Source: Epiperipatus broadwayi
Taxonomy: Eukaryota > Animalia > Onychophora
Assembly: GCA_028023455.1 (NCBI GenBank)
Contig: JAQFVV010000010.1
Coordinates: 1,240,001 to 1,304,000, forward strand
DNA length: 64,000 nucleotides
Direction of reading: 5' to 3'
Below are positions 1 through 14,604 of this stretch, one piece after another; within the stretch, counting starts at the first letter, position 1; each line of letters begins with the position of its first letter. The notes below the pieces were generated by a model, which saw only the letters and a program-made list of their open reading frames with translations, made no database searches and was not told the origin of the DNA. Position numbers and translations under genes: made by a program.

Positions 1-2016
1 AAACCATGATTGACTCCTCACACAGGGTTATATGGAGATCAAAAACATACCCGATATCCTTTGTTCCATTTTTAAAAAAAAGAACCTAAGGCCCATTTCG
101 ATGATCCCCCTATTAATAAAAATAATTGAGCAGCTAATCAAAGATCAAATACAAAACAAAATTTTCAACTTTATTTTTAATGATCAATTTGCTAAGAAGG
201 GGGAGTCATCAATTAATGCCATCAGCTAAATGAAGTTCCTTCTAGATTACATTAGGGCCAAAAGAATGTCCAAGCCAATCACTGTCCAACTGGAAATTGA
301 GGCAGTGTTCGACTCCATCAGACCAAACATCCTGATAGACATCCTCCAAGAATATGACGTGCCAAGAGTCTACCTTAAAATAATTGCCAATCTACTAACA
401 AATAGATTCATATTTATCATGATGAAATGGCAAAGTCACTCCTGGATTTGAATCTTTCATCTTGATCCCTCAGGGATCTCCACTCCGTGCACTATTATTT
501 ATAGCATATATTGATCTGCTGCTGAGAAAGATCGAGAGGTCACTTTTAGGAGTATGTGTGCCTGCCATCGGACAGAAGATAAGGCACATCAGTTATATGG
601 ATGATGTACTTGTCTGTCTCCCTTCCAGCAGGTATATACCCAAAGTAGAAGAAATTTTATCCAATTATACCAACAATTTCAAATTGAAATTTAAAACATG
701 ACCAAATCAGCCACATGGAAATTGCTGAACGGAAAGAGAATAAAATCAAATTTCATGGCAAATCTGCAAAAATTTCTAGGTTTTGACTTTTACAAATCAA
801 ATGGATTGATGAGGTGCAAAATTGAAAAATCACTACTAAGCTCAATCACTTCACTTACCAGGCTATATATTTCATTACAAGGTAAGTCACACTACTCAAC
901 TCACTAGTGTTCCTGAAAATCACCTATTTTCTGGCTAGGATATGCCCATCCAGAAAATCTGCTCAAAAAGTAAATGCCTTTTGTACTAAACTGTTTTGGG
1001 GATGAAATGTCACCACTATCAGTCTCTGGGTATTACAAACACCAAGAAGACTTAATGGCCTTTCACTCCATTCTATTAAAACACTAATTATACAAAATAA
1101 TTATAACTCACTATTTAATATAATAAACAAATACCCAATCATATCACTCAAAGAAGACATCACCCCTATGGATTGGTCTCCACCAGCTAATAACAAGTGG
1201 ATTAGTTCTTTATATACAAATATTCAAAAGGTAATTGACATAAAAGAAAACCCAATCACAAATAAAATAAAATACTGGACAGCACATAAATTACTAAATG
1301 GAAAATAATACATAATCAACGGAAAATTGGACATCACCAATCAGCAACTGATATATAAATCTCATTATTGGTTCATTGAACCAAAGTACCAAGACTTTAT
1401 AATCAAATATAACCTGGACTACCTTCCCATGAATGCCTACCTGGCACACCAAAGAAATATAAAAAAGATAGACCCTATGTTCCAGATGTGCGGCAGGGAA
1501 GAGGAGTCCATCAATCACATATTTATAAGATGTAATAAATTAAATTACAATAGAACACCCCTTCACAAGATGGATAAACAACCCATTTGGGCAATTTATA
1601 CCCATTAAACGGTGCATCAAACAAGGTGTTTATGCAAAAATAAGGTTTACAATCTTCATGTACTTCGCATTATGGTGCATATGATGTAAAATCACTATTG
1701 GGAAATTGGTAGATCCATAGGGAATAGAACTAAAGAAAATTATAGAAAAAATCAAACAAAGAGATAATTTAATAGCTCCAGATTATTTGGTAAATAGCAC
1801 TTGGAGAAATTTCAAATAAAGAAGATGATCGCTAAATCTACAGAATTGAACTGCTGGAGAAACAACTACATACATAGAAGTAAATATGTTAAAGCTGAAT
1901 GATTTATATCTGAAGCCATAGTGTAGTAAAATAATTTATATTATACTGTAATAGCAAGTAATAGCAAAATGTAGGTTTATATCGCATAATAAATTTCTCT
2001 TAATAAAAAAAAAAAA
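1..2016 (+). mobile_element. Tx1/L1-clade non-LTR retrotransposon, 3' part (decayed RT + C-terminal CCHC + poly-A); runs off the window's left edge
   Basis: Frameshifted ORFs 32-907 carry RT motifs LRPISMIPLLIK, VQLEIEAVFDSI, PQGSPLRALLF and ISYMDD. ORF 1327-1608 carries CGREEESINHIFIRC (L1/Tx1 C-terminal zinc motif). AATAAA at ~1988 and an A12 tail at 2005-2016. Confidence 0.8.
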
Positions 2017-4402
2017 GAGGAAATCTTGCTGCAAACCTTTTCTCTGAAATGAAATATCAGTAACTATTTTTAATGATTAAATTATTTATTAATTTATGAT
2101 CAAATCTGTGAAAAATAAAAGTTTTTGGCTAAGAGAAATAAAAAAAAATAAAATTGATAAAAAGTGTGACTTTTTCAATAAATTCGTTTTATTCATATTC
2201 AGGATATAATTTTTTTTTTTACCAATACCTACGGTCTGGGGGTAATTTCATGCTATGATTATAAGTCAACAAATTAATTCTGACGGTAAAACAACAAAAA
2301 GGGTTTGCATTTACATCGCATATAGTAACATGCATATCTACAATAAATGTATATGTCAGAAGAAATTAATACTGTTTATAATAAGTGGAAAAAGTATGAA
2401 GTTATTTTGTAGAAAATATGTAGTTTTATTTGCGATTTCTAATTTAAATAATATGTAAATTCATTACATACTATAAAGGTAATAAGTTATCCTTATTATT
2501 TGTATAAGTAACAATTGGCAAAGTAATAGAAATATATCCATTTTTACGTTTTTTAACTTGAGTATATGTTTTTAAAAAGTATCTGTACATATATTCACTT
2601 ATAAAATTAATCCATAACTACATATCTACCTTTCCATCAATCTCATCTGTCTATCTATCTGCTTGTCTAATTACCGATCTATTCCTCTATTTGCATATTG
2701 GTATATCTATTTATATATCCATTTATTTATCTATCTCTTTAACTTATTAAGTAAATGCAAATAAATAATAAATATTTATATAGGGTACCAATATTAAAAA
2801 TCCGTGTTATAATGCAGACGTCTAAGTTATATTGATATGTAAAATAAATAATAACATGTAAAGTAAATGATAACTTGCTATTTATCTTTAATATTGCACA
2901 AATTCAAATTGGGCTATAGTTGTAAAAGTCATTTATTGTTTATTCAGCCAATTAAAAAATATGGAATGCATACGTATTTATAATCACAGATAACGTTTAT
3001 ATTGTGAAGATACATTAATATTGCTTTGAGAATAACCAAACTTATCTAGATTTTTTTCCTATTGTAAGATTACTGTATTGGACTTTCATTATCTTTTGGC
3101 CTTATTTCACAATAAACATTTAATCGACGATTAAATCTGACAATCATATTAAAAGTTAAATTATTACATAATAGTAAATGCACATAAATGCCGAATGAGA
3201 TGGATACTTTGGTAATTTTATTTAAATTCAGTAATAATATTATGAATTCAAAATTATGATTTACATTGCTGTATATCAAATGTAATTAGAAAACTTTACC
3301 AAACATGAAATTATATAGATAATCTTGAATATTTGTGGCAATTTAGTTCTCGAAGCAGTCACACACATACGCGTACTTAAAAATGTTTTGTTTTTCTTGA
3401 TAGATAGGAGGGAAAAATCAAAAACTTTTAGCAAAAAGATAATATCGAATTAAAAAAAAAAACATAATAATATCGGGTTAAAAAAATTATACTAAAATTG
3501 AATTATTAAATGAGAAGAATGAAATATCTTGAGTTCATATTAATACGGATATTATCTCAAAATAATAGTATACAATATATATTTAATGACATGCATACAT
3601 CTTATAATAAAAGAATTTGACTATTTTATAATGTAGATCCAAAGTGAGATGTTAGAACATATTTTAATAGCAAAAGCCAAATGACTGTGTGTATAATTTG
3701 CTTCATAGCAAGATTCAATCGTCTTGCCTCCGCGTGCGGAAGTATATATGTACACTCAGTCTTTATTCTGCATTATTTGCACTTCTCTTTCGAGTTATTC
3801 TAATTATATTTTTCATTACATTAGTAATAACTTTTTATCTATCTTCATATATTTAAACATGCTCACAAATAATTATATTAATTTAAAATTAAGTCAAAAG
3901 AGAAATTATTTTGAAATTAACGGATTGCTTCCAAACCATTATAATAAATTTGTAGTAGTAAATTTTTTGAAAAATTTAGAGAACTAAGATATACATTATA
4001 TAAAGAATCATGTTGCAACTTTCAAGATGATTACTGATTATAATGCAAAGAGCTGCAATTCCAAAAAGTTTGTTTTAAACATTTTTGAACAGATGTTAGA
4101 ATGTGGAGAGTTAGTAGAATGGCCAGCATGAAATCTTTATTTCATCATATGACTAAGGCATGAAGTATGATTTGATAACATTAGTTATATGTTTATTGTC
4201 AGAATAAAACTTTTGTGTTTTGAGAATAATTTCTGTAAATAAGAGCTTTATTCTGTTTTTTCAATTCCCCTTCCCCCTGCTAAGACGATTATAAATTAAT
4301 ACGATAAAAAGCCGATCTTACGATTTTCTTGACCCAAAATAAAAATTCTATTATCAATCATTACTTTCCAATTAACTATTTCAAATTATTCATTCGATAA
4401 TA

Positions 4403-4457
4403 AGTTTTAATTTTATTTCTATAAGAACTTAGTTTTAATTTTATTTCTATAAGAACT
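4403..4457. repeat. 28-bp-period tandem duplication
   Basis: agttttaattttatttctataagaact at 4403-4429 and 4431-4457. Confidence 0.85.
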
Positions 4458-4867
4458 ACTAAGATATATTAATCAGTTTCGTGTTGTAATTAATAATATA
4501 ACTCATTTGACTTTAACTAATATGTTGATAATTTTTGATTTTTTTTTTCAAATAACTGTACTCACATTGCACCTTTAGCCTAGAAATGGGTAACCTTCAG
4601 CCCCTTGGGTGAACTGTGGCCCTCAAAAGACTATATTGAACCTGTATACATTTTCAAAATATGTATATTAATTAAATGTTTTCTAGAATGTGTTTATTCA
4701 TTTTTATTTTTAAAAATGTTGTATCATTTAAAAAATATGTTGTTCCTTGTAATTCCTGTAAATAAAAATTCTATTCACAATATTATTTTAGTTATGATGC
4801 ACTTAGTTCTTTGATTAAATGTTTCTGCTGTGCACACACACATACATATATATTTCATTTACTAAAG

Positions 4868-6378
4868 CAGCGTTTCCCAACCTGTGGTACGCGTACCACT
4901 GGTGGTATGCGAGTTGCTGGTTGGTGGTACACGAAAAATAATCAATAATGGCGGACATAAAAAATAAAAAAAATTAAATCATAAAAATATCATAGAAACG
5001 TTTTTTCCTATAATTCATAAAAATTATTTTAATGAATAATATTATACAGTAAAGTTGTTAATATGTACAATCGATGATCGAAAATCCAGCAATTGATATC
5101 GTTTTTTTTTTTTTTTGGAGTGCACTTTTAAATTTAGCCGTTAGCCACGAGTAACTTGAGATGTCGCCGCCACTGTTGTGATAGTTCTGCACTCTCATTC
5201 ACTTCACCGCATGGCTTACAAGTGACAGGTTATTGTTTGTGATTGTATCGTCTTTGTTTATTAAAATTCATTGATCCCTATATAACCTGCTTATTCAAAC
5301 TTAGACAAGAAGCACAGGTTTTTTTTTATAAGACAATCCTTTTGATCTCTCTTCGAAATTGTATGATTTTGATTGGCTTCAGGTGCTTGCATATTTATCT
5401 GATATTTTTTGCAAATAAATGAACTTAAATTTGACACTTCAGAATAACTCAATAATGATCTTTAATGTTAATGATAAAATTGAAAATATGATTAAGAAAT
5501 TAGATTTTTGGAAACAGTGTATTGAAAACAATCAACCGGAAAAATTCGAAACTCTACATATTTTTTTGTTTGAAAATAAGGTTAGTCTGTCTCAAGATAT
5601 ACAGAAAATATAATAGCACATTTAACAGGATTAAAATTGTCTTTCATGGAATATTTTCCAAAACCCGAAAACACAAATGATAAGTGGATTTCAAACCCCT
5701 TCTATGAAGAAAATTTAGAAAAAGCTACATTATTATCAATAAAAGAGAAAGAAAATTTAATAGAATTATCGACACAATCTAATTAATTTTGGTTAAACAT
5801 TAAAGAATATGAACAGTTCTCTGAGAAAGCTCTTAAATTATTATTACCATTTACTAGTATGGAATTAGTAGAAAGAGCTTTTTCTTCATACATTTTTTTT
5901 TAAAAAAAGTATTGAAACAGATTGAATGCAGCTGTAGACTTAAGGGTAATCTTGCATCTTCTGAACCAAATTTCAAAAAATTATGTTCTTCGAAACAAGC
6001 ACAAGGATCTCATTAAATTTATTTTATAAAAACATTTGATTATGATAAAAAAATATATTAATTGGGTTTTTATAATTTTGTGTTTTTATTAAAACCATTT
6101 ATTAGTAAATGAAATACGACAAAATAGTAGATAAATATGATACTTTGAACAAACACATACATATATGTTACAGTGAGTTTATAATCCAGCATGATGTATG
6201 TAATTTGTCTCATTATGTGATGTGAATACATGGTCACCCTATAATATGTATAATGCAAATAAAATAACACACTCCCAATAACAAATTTCACAAAATACAA
6301 TCATTTTTACGAAGTGGTACAATTTAGCATGATATACTACCAAGTGGTACGTGAGCCAAAAAAGGTTGGGAAACGCTG
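4868..6378 (+). mobile_element. Internally deleted hAT DNA transposon, Buster/Charlie type (1511 bp)
   Basis: Perfect 16-bp TIR cagcgtttcccaacct / aggttgggaaacgctg. Perfect 8-bp TSD tactaaag at 4860-4867 and 6379-6386, with the central TA typical of Buster targets. Internal transposase C-terminal remnant. Confidence 0.95.
5400..6016 (+). pseudogene. hAT (Buster/Charlie) transposase C-terminal remnant
   Basis: ORF 5419-5613, then frameshifted WISNPF, KALKLLLPFTSMELVERAFSS, NRLNAAVDLR and SSEPNFKKLCSSKQAQGSH*, matching the hAT dimerisation domain and the Buster-type QAxxSH* terminus. Confidence 0.8.
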
Positions 6379-7793
6379 TACTAAAGGATAAATAAAGGTG
6401 TGGGTGCAAGTTGTTAATAATAATATGCTAAAATACTCCACAAAAGAAACAGCTAATTAATTATGCTGAAAGAAATCAAATTTACTGAAAATAGCTACAG
6501 GCTAATTTACATATTAAGAAAAGTAACTTTATGCAAATTAGACAAACTGATAAAAAAAGAAAGTCTGAAGAAGAATTAGGCAGTGTGAGAAATGAAACAA
6601 AGGATAACTAAAGTAAACCAGTGGAAAGTTAAACTATTAAGGTGAAGTTATTCTGAAATTAATAAAGAAAAATTCTTGTTAAGAATCTATTTGGACTATC
6701 TTTAATGTAAAGGTGTGTGAGCAAGATGCTTACAGACAATAAAGTTACAGAATTATAGATTTATAAACTACAGAAATAAAGAGACTATATATGTTAATTT
6801 CTAAGGAGATTATAAACTTTGAAGAGATCTACGTGATCTTACACTCAACTAGTAATTAGCAAGGTGAAATTGCTAATATTCAGAGTAAATAAATTCTTGG
6901 AAGTTTTATTAAAACATTTTATTCATTATTTAATAAATATAATTATTCAGCTGCCAACTGACTGCTTAGTGCTGAATATATTAGTTTCAACTGTTCATTA
7001 TCTTTGGCAGTGAGCTAACAAGTTTACATAGAGAATTCTTCATTTCCATTGTTTTCCAGATTGAACATTCAAAACTATAATGACATCTGTAATACATTTA
7101 CTAACATAGCTACACAATAGTAATATGTAGTTTTTGTGAAAGTATTAATATACTGAAGTCATGATAATTCTGAATGAATTGTTAATAGCAATCAATAATT
7201 TTAATCAAGTTAACATTCTTTAATTTGAAATCTCTAAAAATTATGACTCTCATCTGCATCAAATAAATTTGAGTGATCCACTCTCCATATTAATTTTATT
7301 CTTTTAGTTGAAATTAACTAGATAATCATTTATTAGCATATAATTAATAACTAATTAAGTTGGATATGTACGTCTGATTGAAAATACTTTATTGAAATTT
7401 TTTAGTTAGTTAAAACACTAGTTTCAATCAGATTTGAACCCCAACATAGTAAACGAATACACTGTCCATTTTACAATATTTCTATCCAGAAGATGATTTG
7501 ATAATTTTTAAAAAAAGCTTTAGAGTTTCTATATATTATATAATATTTAATTGTCTTTTTTTTGAAAAAAATTAAATATACTATTCTATTGTGAAAATGA
7601 TTATGTTAATTAAATAGTTCATATTTGATTTTTGCCGACTCTAACGCAATATTCTATAATGCACACTTACGAATAATTAATATATAAAATAGCTTTAAAT
7701 AAATTTATGTAACATGGTTATTTATTTTAAAAAAATTTTTAATAACTATATGTCAAAAAAAAACTAAAACTGAGAATATAACTGAATCAAATA

Positions 7794-8844
7794 CACCTGG
7801 GTCTCGTTTTATGCGGATTATTTTAATGCGATTTTGAAGTTATGCAATTCATGTTTCTTCGTAATATTTTTCATATTTCCCTATATTTATTAGATATCAA
7901 GAAATATAAATTATTAATAACTTATTTTGACTTGAAATACTTTTTTTTTTTCAAAAATATAACGTTATATTAGCAGCTAACGTGAATATGGCCTGAAGCT
8001 GTACTTAGAATAAATAACCTACTCATACTAATGAGTAAGTAATAATAATAGATTTATACTTACATATAAAAATATCGCAATAAATATTCAAAAATTTTAA
8101 ACTTTTAAAACGTATTTTGTTAAGTATAACAGAAATAAATAATGTAGATTTTTAAAATAAATAACGAAGATTTTATTGATTTTATAAACTGAAAATAATA
8201 TTTCTAATGATAATGTATAATCTTTTTGTTTCGATTGCGATTTCATTTTTTTAATATAGAAACAAAATGTGAATATTTAAAATTTATTTCTGTAGTAAAA
8301 ATCAGTTGTCAACAGAAAACCATTAACACAGCACAAAACTGAAATTGGCACTAGTTGTGTAAATGGGATGGAGCAGAATATGGTAAAAATTAGAGTGGGA
8401 AATGAAAAATAAAGTGGCTAACAAGTTTCTCTGGCATAATTGCTGAGAGATTCTTGAATTCATTCAAGGAGAAGCTACATCACATCACATCAACGAATCT
8501 GATTTCTTATCAGTTTACAAATGAACCGAATATCTCAAAAAATGCGCATGAAAAAATGTCAAATTAAATACTGTAGTTAATAAAAAAAAAAAAGTAAAAA
8601 AAGTTTGTCTTGTACCAATTTTTTTCAAATATTTGATATTTTTTATTAGTCATATTTTATTTCCTTATTTTTTTAATGCGAATTTTAAAGTAATTTTTCC
8701 TTGTTGCTTTGCTTTTATGCTAATTCTGAAAATTACAGACCCTATCCCCCATTTTTCAAGATAAATTAAGTCTATTTTTGTGCAATTTTTTTTAATGCGG
8801 GTTTTCTGTGGAACCTATTTACCGCATAAAAAGAGACCCAGGTG
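7794..8844 (+). mobile_element. pogo/Tigger-like (Tc1/mariner) non-autonomous element, copy 1 (1051 bp)
   Basis: TIR cacctgggtctcgttttatgcgg / ccgcataaaaagagacccaggtg, TA flanking both ends (7792-7793, 8845-8846), repeated subterminal tt(a/t)atgcg motifs. A second copy lies at 38489-39720. Confidence 0.9.
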
Positions 8845-9194
8845 TAAAGTACTTTTAAGATTTAGAACATTTCCTGCTTCTTTTTAAAAATCATTACTTT
8901 TTAAAAAAAAAAAAATTTTTTTTTCATTTAAAAATATTGTTTTTATCTTTGAGGTAGAGAAATATTTTATTAGATTACATTTAAAAGTTCAAAGCATTCA
9001 GGATTTAAAAGGTTTTATCTCGCTAATAATAGAAAAAAAAAAGTAACATTCTATTATTTATTAGTTAAAAAACAAGAGTGTACTTGCCTACAGAAAGGCC
9101 ATCGTTTTTGGAATATTTTGTTTAATTTCGATCATGCATGGTATTACTAATAATTGAAAGTTTGCTAGTCTTTCACATGCACGATTATCTCTCA

Positions 9195-9410
9195 GACAGC
9201 CAATCAGATTTTAAACAGCTGTCTTAAAAATGATCAGGCTTCGATACATGACAGAGATTTTGACAAGAAAAGGATAATACCAACGTTTTCTCAACTTAAC
9301 TTTTTATATATATAAGCAGTCTTAAGCATCTTGGCCTGAAAGCTTGAATATATAAACATATACACTTATCATTCATTGTGTTATTAATTTAAGATATTAC
9401 GGCGCGAAAT
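9195..9410. promoter_or_regulatory. Possible promoter patch: CCAAT box plus canonical E2F site
   Basis: gccaatcag at 9199-9207 and ggcgcgaaa (TTTCGCGCC on minus) at 9401-9409, in a locally CpG-retaining stretch. No linked gene was identified. Confidence 0.3.
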
Positions 9411-11204
9411 CTCAGATTTATTACACCGCAATTTTCTAGATGTTAATATAATTTATCAGCAACATATGTAAATAATATTTGTCTAAATCGCATGTTGTTA
9501 ATAAATTGTACTGTGGAGCCACAAACTATGCAATATCAAACTACATGACTTCAATTGTACACTAACCAAAATTAAGTGGAAGTACATACTATAGCATCTA
9601 TTTTTTTCTCTCACTACATGAATTTATGTACTGTAATCACTTTTTTCCCCACAATTTAAATACTATACTATTCAGTTCTGTACTGTAATTAAAAACACAT
9701 GTACTGATTTTTTTCTGAGTATTTTTTTCCTTCAAAAAGTTTGATTCTAATACCATAATTTTTTTAGAATCCAAAAATGTACTTGGCCTATGAAAAACCA
9801 TTGTTTTTGTAATAGTTTTTTTTAATCCATTGCTTTACAAATTGCTTCCTTTGCATAAAATGCTTCTTAAAAAAATTACAGTTTATTAACAGTGGAACAA
9901 ATAATTATTTTTTTCCTTGAAAAATATGTCCTCTAACAAAAAAAAATGTTTAACTTGAATATCACATGACAGCATTACAGACAAACATATATTACATGGA
10001 TTTTATATATATATAGATCCATATTTTCTTTAAAGCACTTAGTTTATCTGCTCATTTTTATATTCTGTTAGTTCATCCACATGTCAGTTTGCTAATACAT
10101 TATTTACAAAATATGATTTCCTATTATTTTTTGAACCCCCTTTCCCTTCCCCGTCTTTTCGGGATTTTTTTTTAATCCATATTTTTTGTGACCAAATTTG
10201 CATTCTGAATATTTTGCTCAGGTTAAGATTAATAGATGATAAGAAAATCATTAATGGATTCTGGCCGAATACATCTAAAAGAAAATTATTATGCTTTGGT
10301 TTTTTAATGTCTGACATATTTGTTTCAACATCTTTAACAACTAACCATATAATTAATACAATGGATTCTTTATTTATAAAATTTTTGTTGCTTTTACACT
10401 AAATTTCTAACAAAAAAAGTTTTGTGATTTTATTTTTAAACGCCTATACTTTATTATTCTATGATATGCCTGATAACAGGAGATTCTAAGATAAAATGCA
10501 TTAAGATGATGTCACTGAGTTTCTCACGATGTTTCAGCACTAAATTACGAGCTAAGCACAACACTTATATTAAAATATTTACACACACACCCTCTCTTTT
10601 TCTCAACATAAAATATATCTAGTAAGCTGGCATTAGTTTTTTTAATCAGATGATTTTATTTATATATAGTATTTTCATTTTTCAAAGTTTCATTTTTTTT
10701 TTTTACTATTTGATCCACCACATGTTATAATTTGAAGACTACTGCATATGGCCGTTATCGCAAGAATCCTTAAAAGATTCTTATTTTATATATATATAAT
10801 TTAAATTAGCTCCTTTTTCAAAATAATTATAGAGAAATTAATTTAGGCAAGCAGGTAGCAAGCATATAGGCATATAGAGAGAAATATTTGGAACAGATTG
10901 TGTATTCATTACAGTTTAACTTTTAAAACTCATTTCTTACTTTAAAAATCTTTTTTTTTTTTTATCAAAACTCGTCTTGAAATTTTCGGATTAAATTTAG
11001 GAATAAATTATTTAAATAGCAAAACAGAAAATAAGTGTTTTATAATTTATTAAAAAGAAAATTTTAATACATTAATTTTGACCAAATTAAATATTTATTT
11101 TAAAGTATCTTTATAAATCTATTATATTTTTAAAATGAGAATCAAAGAAAAACAATAAATTATTCTTTTTTTTTTCTTTTTAAAATTTAAAAAAAAAAAA
11201 TTAA

Positions 11205-12640
11205 ATGCATCATCATTGTCAACCATTATCAATCCACTGCAGGATGAACGTCTCTCAAAGTTCAATCCATCTTCTTCGATCTTTAGCCTCTCTTCTCCAT
11301 AACACCCCTGCACACATTCTTATTTCACCAATTCATTTCACATATCTCTTTCTGGATCTTTTACAAATTTTTGAAATCCAGTTTAAGATTTCAATTGTCC
11401 ATCTATTATCATCTCTTCTAGCAATATGTCCAGCCCAACTCCACTTTACAGTCTTTTGATCCTTTCAATGATGTCAGTAACGCCTGTTTGTTTTCTTACC
11501 CATAATATATTGTGTTTTTGATCTCTTCTTGTTACTCCTAAATGCATCTCTCCATACTTCTTTGAGTGATTTGAAGTCTCTGTATTGCTCTTTTATTAAG
11601 TGTCCATGATTTAGATCCATAAGTAAGAACTGGTAAACACATTTATTAAAAACTTTCCTTTTCAAATACATAGGCATATTTCCTTTTAGTATTAAGTTAT
11701 TTCTATCAAAAGCACTCCAACCCAGTTTAATTCTATGATTAATTTCATCCATTATGTTTCCATCTGTAGTAATAATCTGACCAGGGTATTTGTAGTTGTT
11801 AACTTCTTCTAATTCATCATAATCTATCTTTATTTTCATCTTTTGAGAAAATCCATTGAACTCCACTTGTTTTTTTTAGCATTTACCTTTAGTACTACTT
11901 TCATCTGATAACTCTTGCAAAATTTCCTGATACTCTAAAGCATTATTTGTATTATCTGCAGCATCTAAATGACTTAAATAATCCCCATTTACTTTTACTC
12001 CTCCTTTAGCTTCTCATTTTAAGTATTTTTCAGTACTGCTGTAAAAAGTTTTGGAGATATGGAGTCACTCTGTCTTATATCTTTCTCAATGTTAACCTTC
12101 CTAGTATTATTATGTAATCTAATTGTTGCTGTTGCATTTTTATAAATATTCTTCAGAATATGACAATATCCTGGGTCTATACCTTGATGATCCAATGCTT
12201 TAATCACTGAAAAAATACTTATAGAATCAAATGCCTTTTCGTAATCTACAAATCTAAAGCATTATGGCAACACATATTCATTTGTCCTTTCTATAACTTC
12301 TCTCAATACTTGGATATGATCTACTGTGCTAAAGCCACTTTTAAATCCAATTTGTTTTTTTTTTTTTGGTTGGTTGAAACCCCATATTCTCTGTTGATGA
12401 GTTATAATTATATTGGTAAAAATTTTATATAAATCTGATACAAGGCTGACAGGTCTGTAATTTTTAATCTCTTCTTTATCATCTTTTTTAAATATTAATA
12501 TTGCATTCTTTCAATTATCTGGTACATCTTTATCATTTAGACATTTGTATAATTTTGCCAAAAAAATTTATATTTCTTCACCTGCTTCTTTTAATATATC
12601 GATTATAATTCCATATATCTCTTTCTTCATTTAAAATCCT
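11205..12640 (-). mobile_element. RTE-clade LINE, 5'-truncated decayed copy
   Basis: Minus-strand RT remnants ALDHQGIDPGYCHILKNIY, IRQSDSISPKLF (GVRQGDxISPKLF), EEVNNYKYPGQII and LKGNMPMYLKRKVFNKC. The 3' end ...cctgcagtggattgataatggttgacaatgatgatg has the RTE (GAT)n-type tail. Confidence 0.85.
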
Positions 12641-14604
12641 GGGCAATTCAGAAGATATAATAGATGTAATAAAGAGATTACAATCACTTATTTAATATTA
12701 CATATGAAATAAATGCGCAAGTACTGAAAAATCCCGGTGAGCTATATGTAAATTAAACTATCTGTAAACGTAGAATGGGCCCATGTAAATTAAAATATCT
12801 GTAAAACTTAGTTGTAGAATTAGCCCAACTACCTTTTAGCTTTGATCATGTATAAGCATACCATTTACTGACATATTTACATCCAGCATGATTTATATAT
12901 ACTAACATAAATGTGTCAGTAAATTGTATAGTTATATATAGCTTGTTAGGGGTTTACGATCCCTCCCATATTAGTTCCTCTATGTTTTGGACTATTAAAA
13001 AGTTATATTCATTATTATATACATATATACGTTGCCCAGCCTTCTACAAGTTAAATGATGTAAATTAATTAACGCTTCTAAATAGTATTATAAACTATGA
13101 GGCTGGAATGTCTCAGCATAAGCATAAAAATATTTTTGGAGGGATTTTGGAAGTCCTTTTTACATTGTACTTTTAATATCAAAGTTCATTTGTTTGCAGA
13201 TGGTAAATAAGTGCATTTATGTTTTCTTTTAAGCGCTTATATAGATAATTGATTATAGCAATATTTACAAAAGTGCATTTTAAATCAGCTAATAAGCGAT
13301 TGCAGCTTTATTGTTCTAATCAACTACTCATTATAAAAATTTAGAAAAGAAGTCGAAATAGATATATTTCTTTTATTTATAAATATGATTGAGGTTTAAC
13401 ACTAGGAGGAATTGAATATATATAACCAATGTTTAAAGATGTATCATTCTCAGGGTCATATACTTCTCATTGCTTTGATATTTTATCATTATAAACAGAT
13501 AGTTAGGTAGGTGAATTGGTAGATTGTTAAGTGAGTAGGGAGAACGGTAGATGGGAAGTAATATATAGAAAGATAAATAGATAGATGGGTGGATATATGG
13601 ATATTAAAATAAAAGTTTTTGTATGTAAAATACAATTTTTGTAACTTTTCTTTCTACTCCTGCTTCTGCTCTTTGTTTTCTTCTGCTTTTAGAATAGTCA
13701 CATACTTCTTTTTCTCATTGAGCTATTCAAATATTTTTTGCAGCAAAATTCTTTTTTCACATAAGTGATTCTATTATCAGAGAGGAAAAAAACAAATAAT
13801 AATTTAATTCAAATGGATGGAGTATTGAAACGGCAAATAAAGCTATCTATAGTCTCACAAGAATGTAAAAAGGAAAAAGATAAAATATCTAAAATTAAGA
13901 TTCTTTTTTTTTCTCATAACACTATAGTATTAAAACTGTTTTTATCACCAACCAAGAAAATTAACAATACTACATCAAAATTCAAAAATTATTAAGTCAG
14001 TTGAGGGAAAGTTCAAGATTCTCAATATATGCTGCTTTTATTAATTTAGAGAAACAAAAAAGAGAATAATGTTTTTTTTTTTAGTTTTGTCAATTTTTAA
14101 TTTACAAATTTTATATACACAACTAGCAATCTCGTGATAATGGTAGATTTTTTAAAGATATTTCTGTATTCCTAATATGAAAGATTATCAAGTCTTTCAA
14201 TTCAATTTTAAAGTTTTATTTTTTCCATGGTAATTGGTCTTTTTTTTTTTTTTTAAGTATAATTAAGATATTTTATACATTTGTCATATTTTTTAAAAAT
14301 ATTGTCTATAAAAAGCACTATGGGTTTTTTTCCAATTTGGTACAAATTGCTTTTAGTGCTCTTGGGATTAACTCTTTATCAGATATACCCCCCATTTTGT
14401 TAAACTGTCAAATTAAGACAGGGTAGGATGCATTCTAATAATATTTTTGAAATATTTAATATATTGACCAAGTCAGGTTTTCTTTTATATTTTTTCAGAT
14501 GTAGTGCTTTTTAACTATTTAAATGTGAATTCACAGAATAATAAGATTAGTTTAAATTGTTTATTGATTTGATGATCTAAGTTTAATAGTTTCTTTTAAC
14601 TGAA

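Noticed and set aside
10084-10317. 77-aa minus-strand ORF with a KKKSRKDGEGKGG stretch
   Set aside because: The composition is explained by homopolymer runs, with no splice signals or family motif
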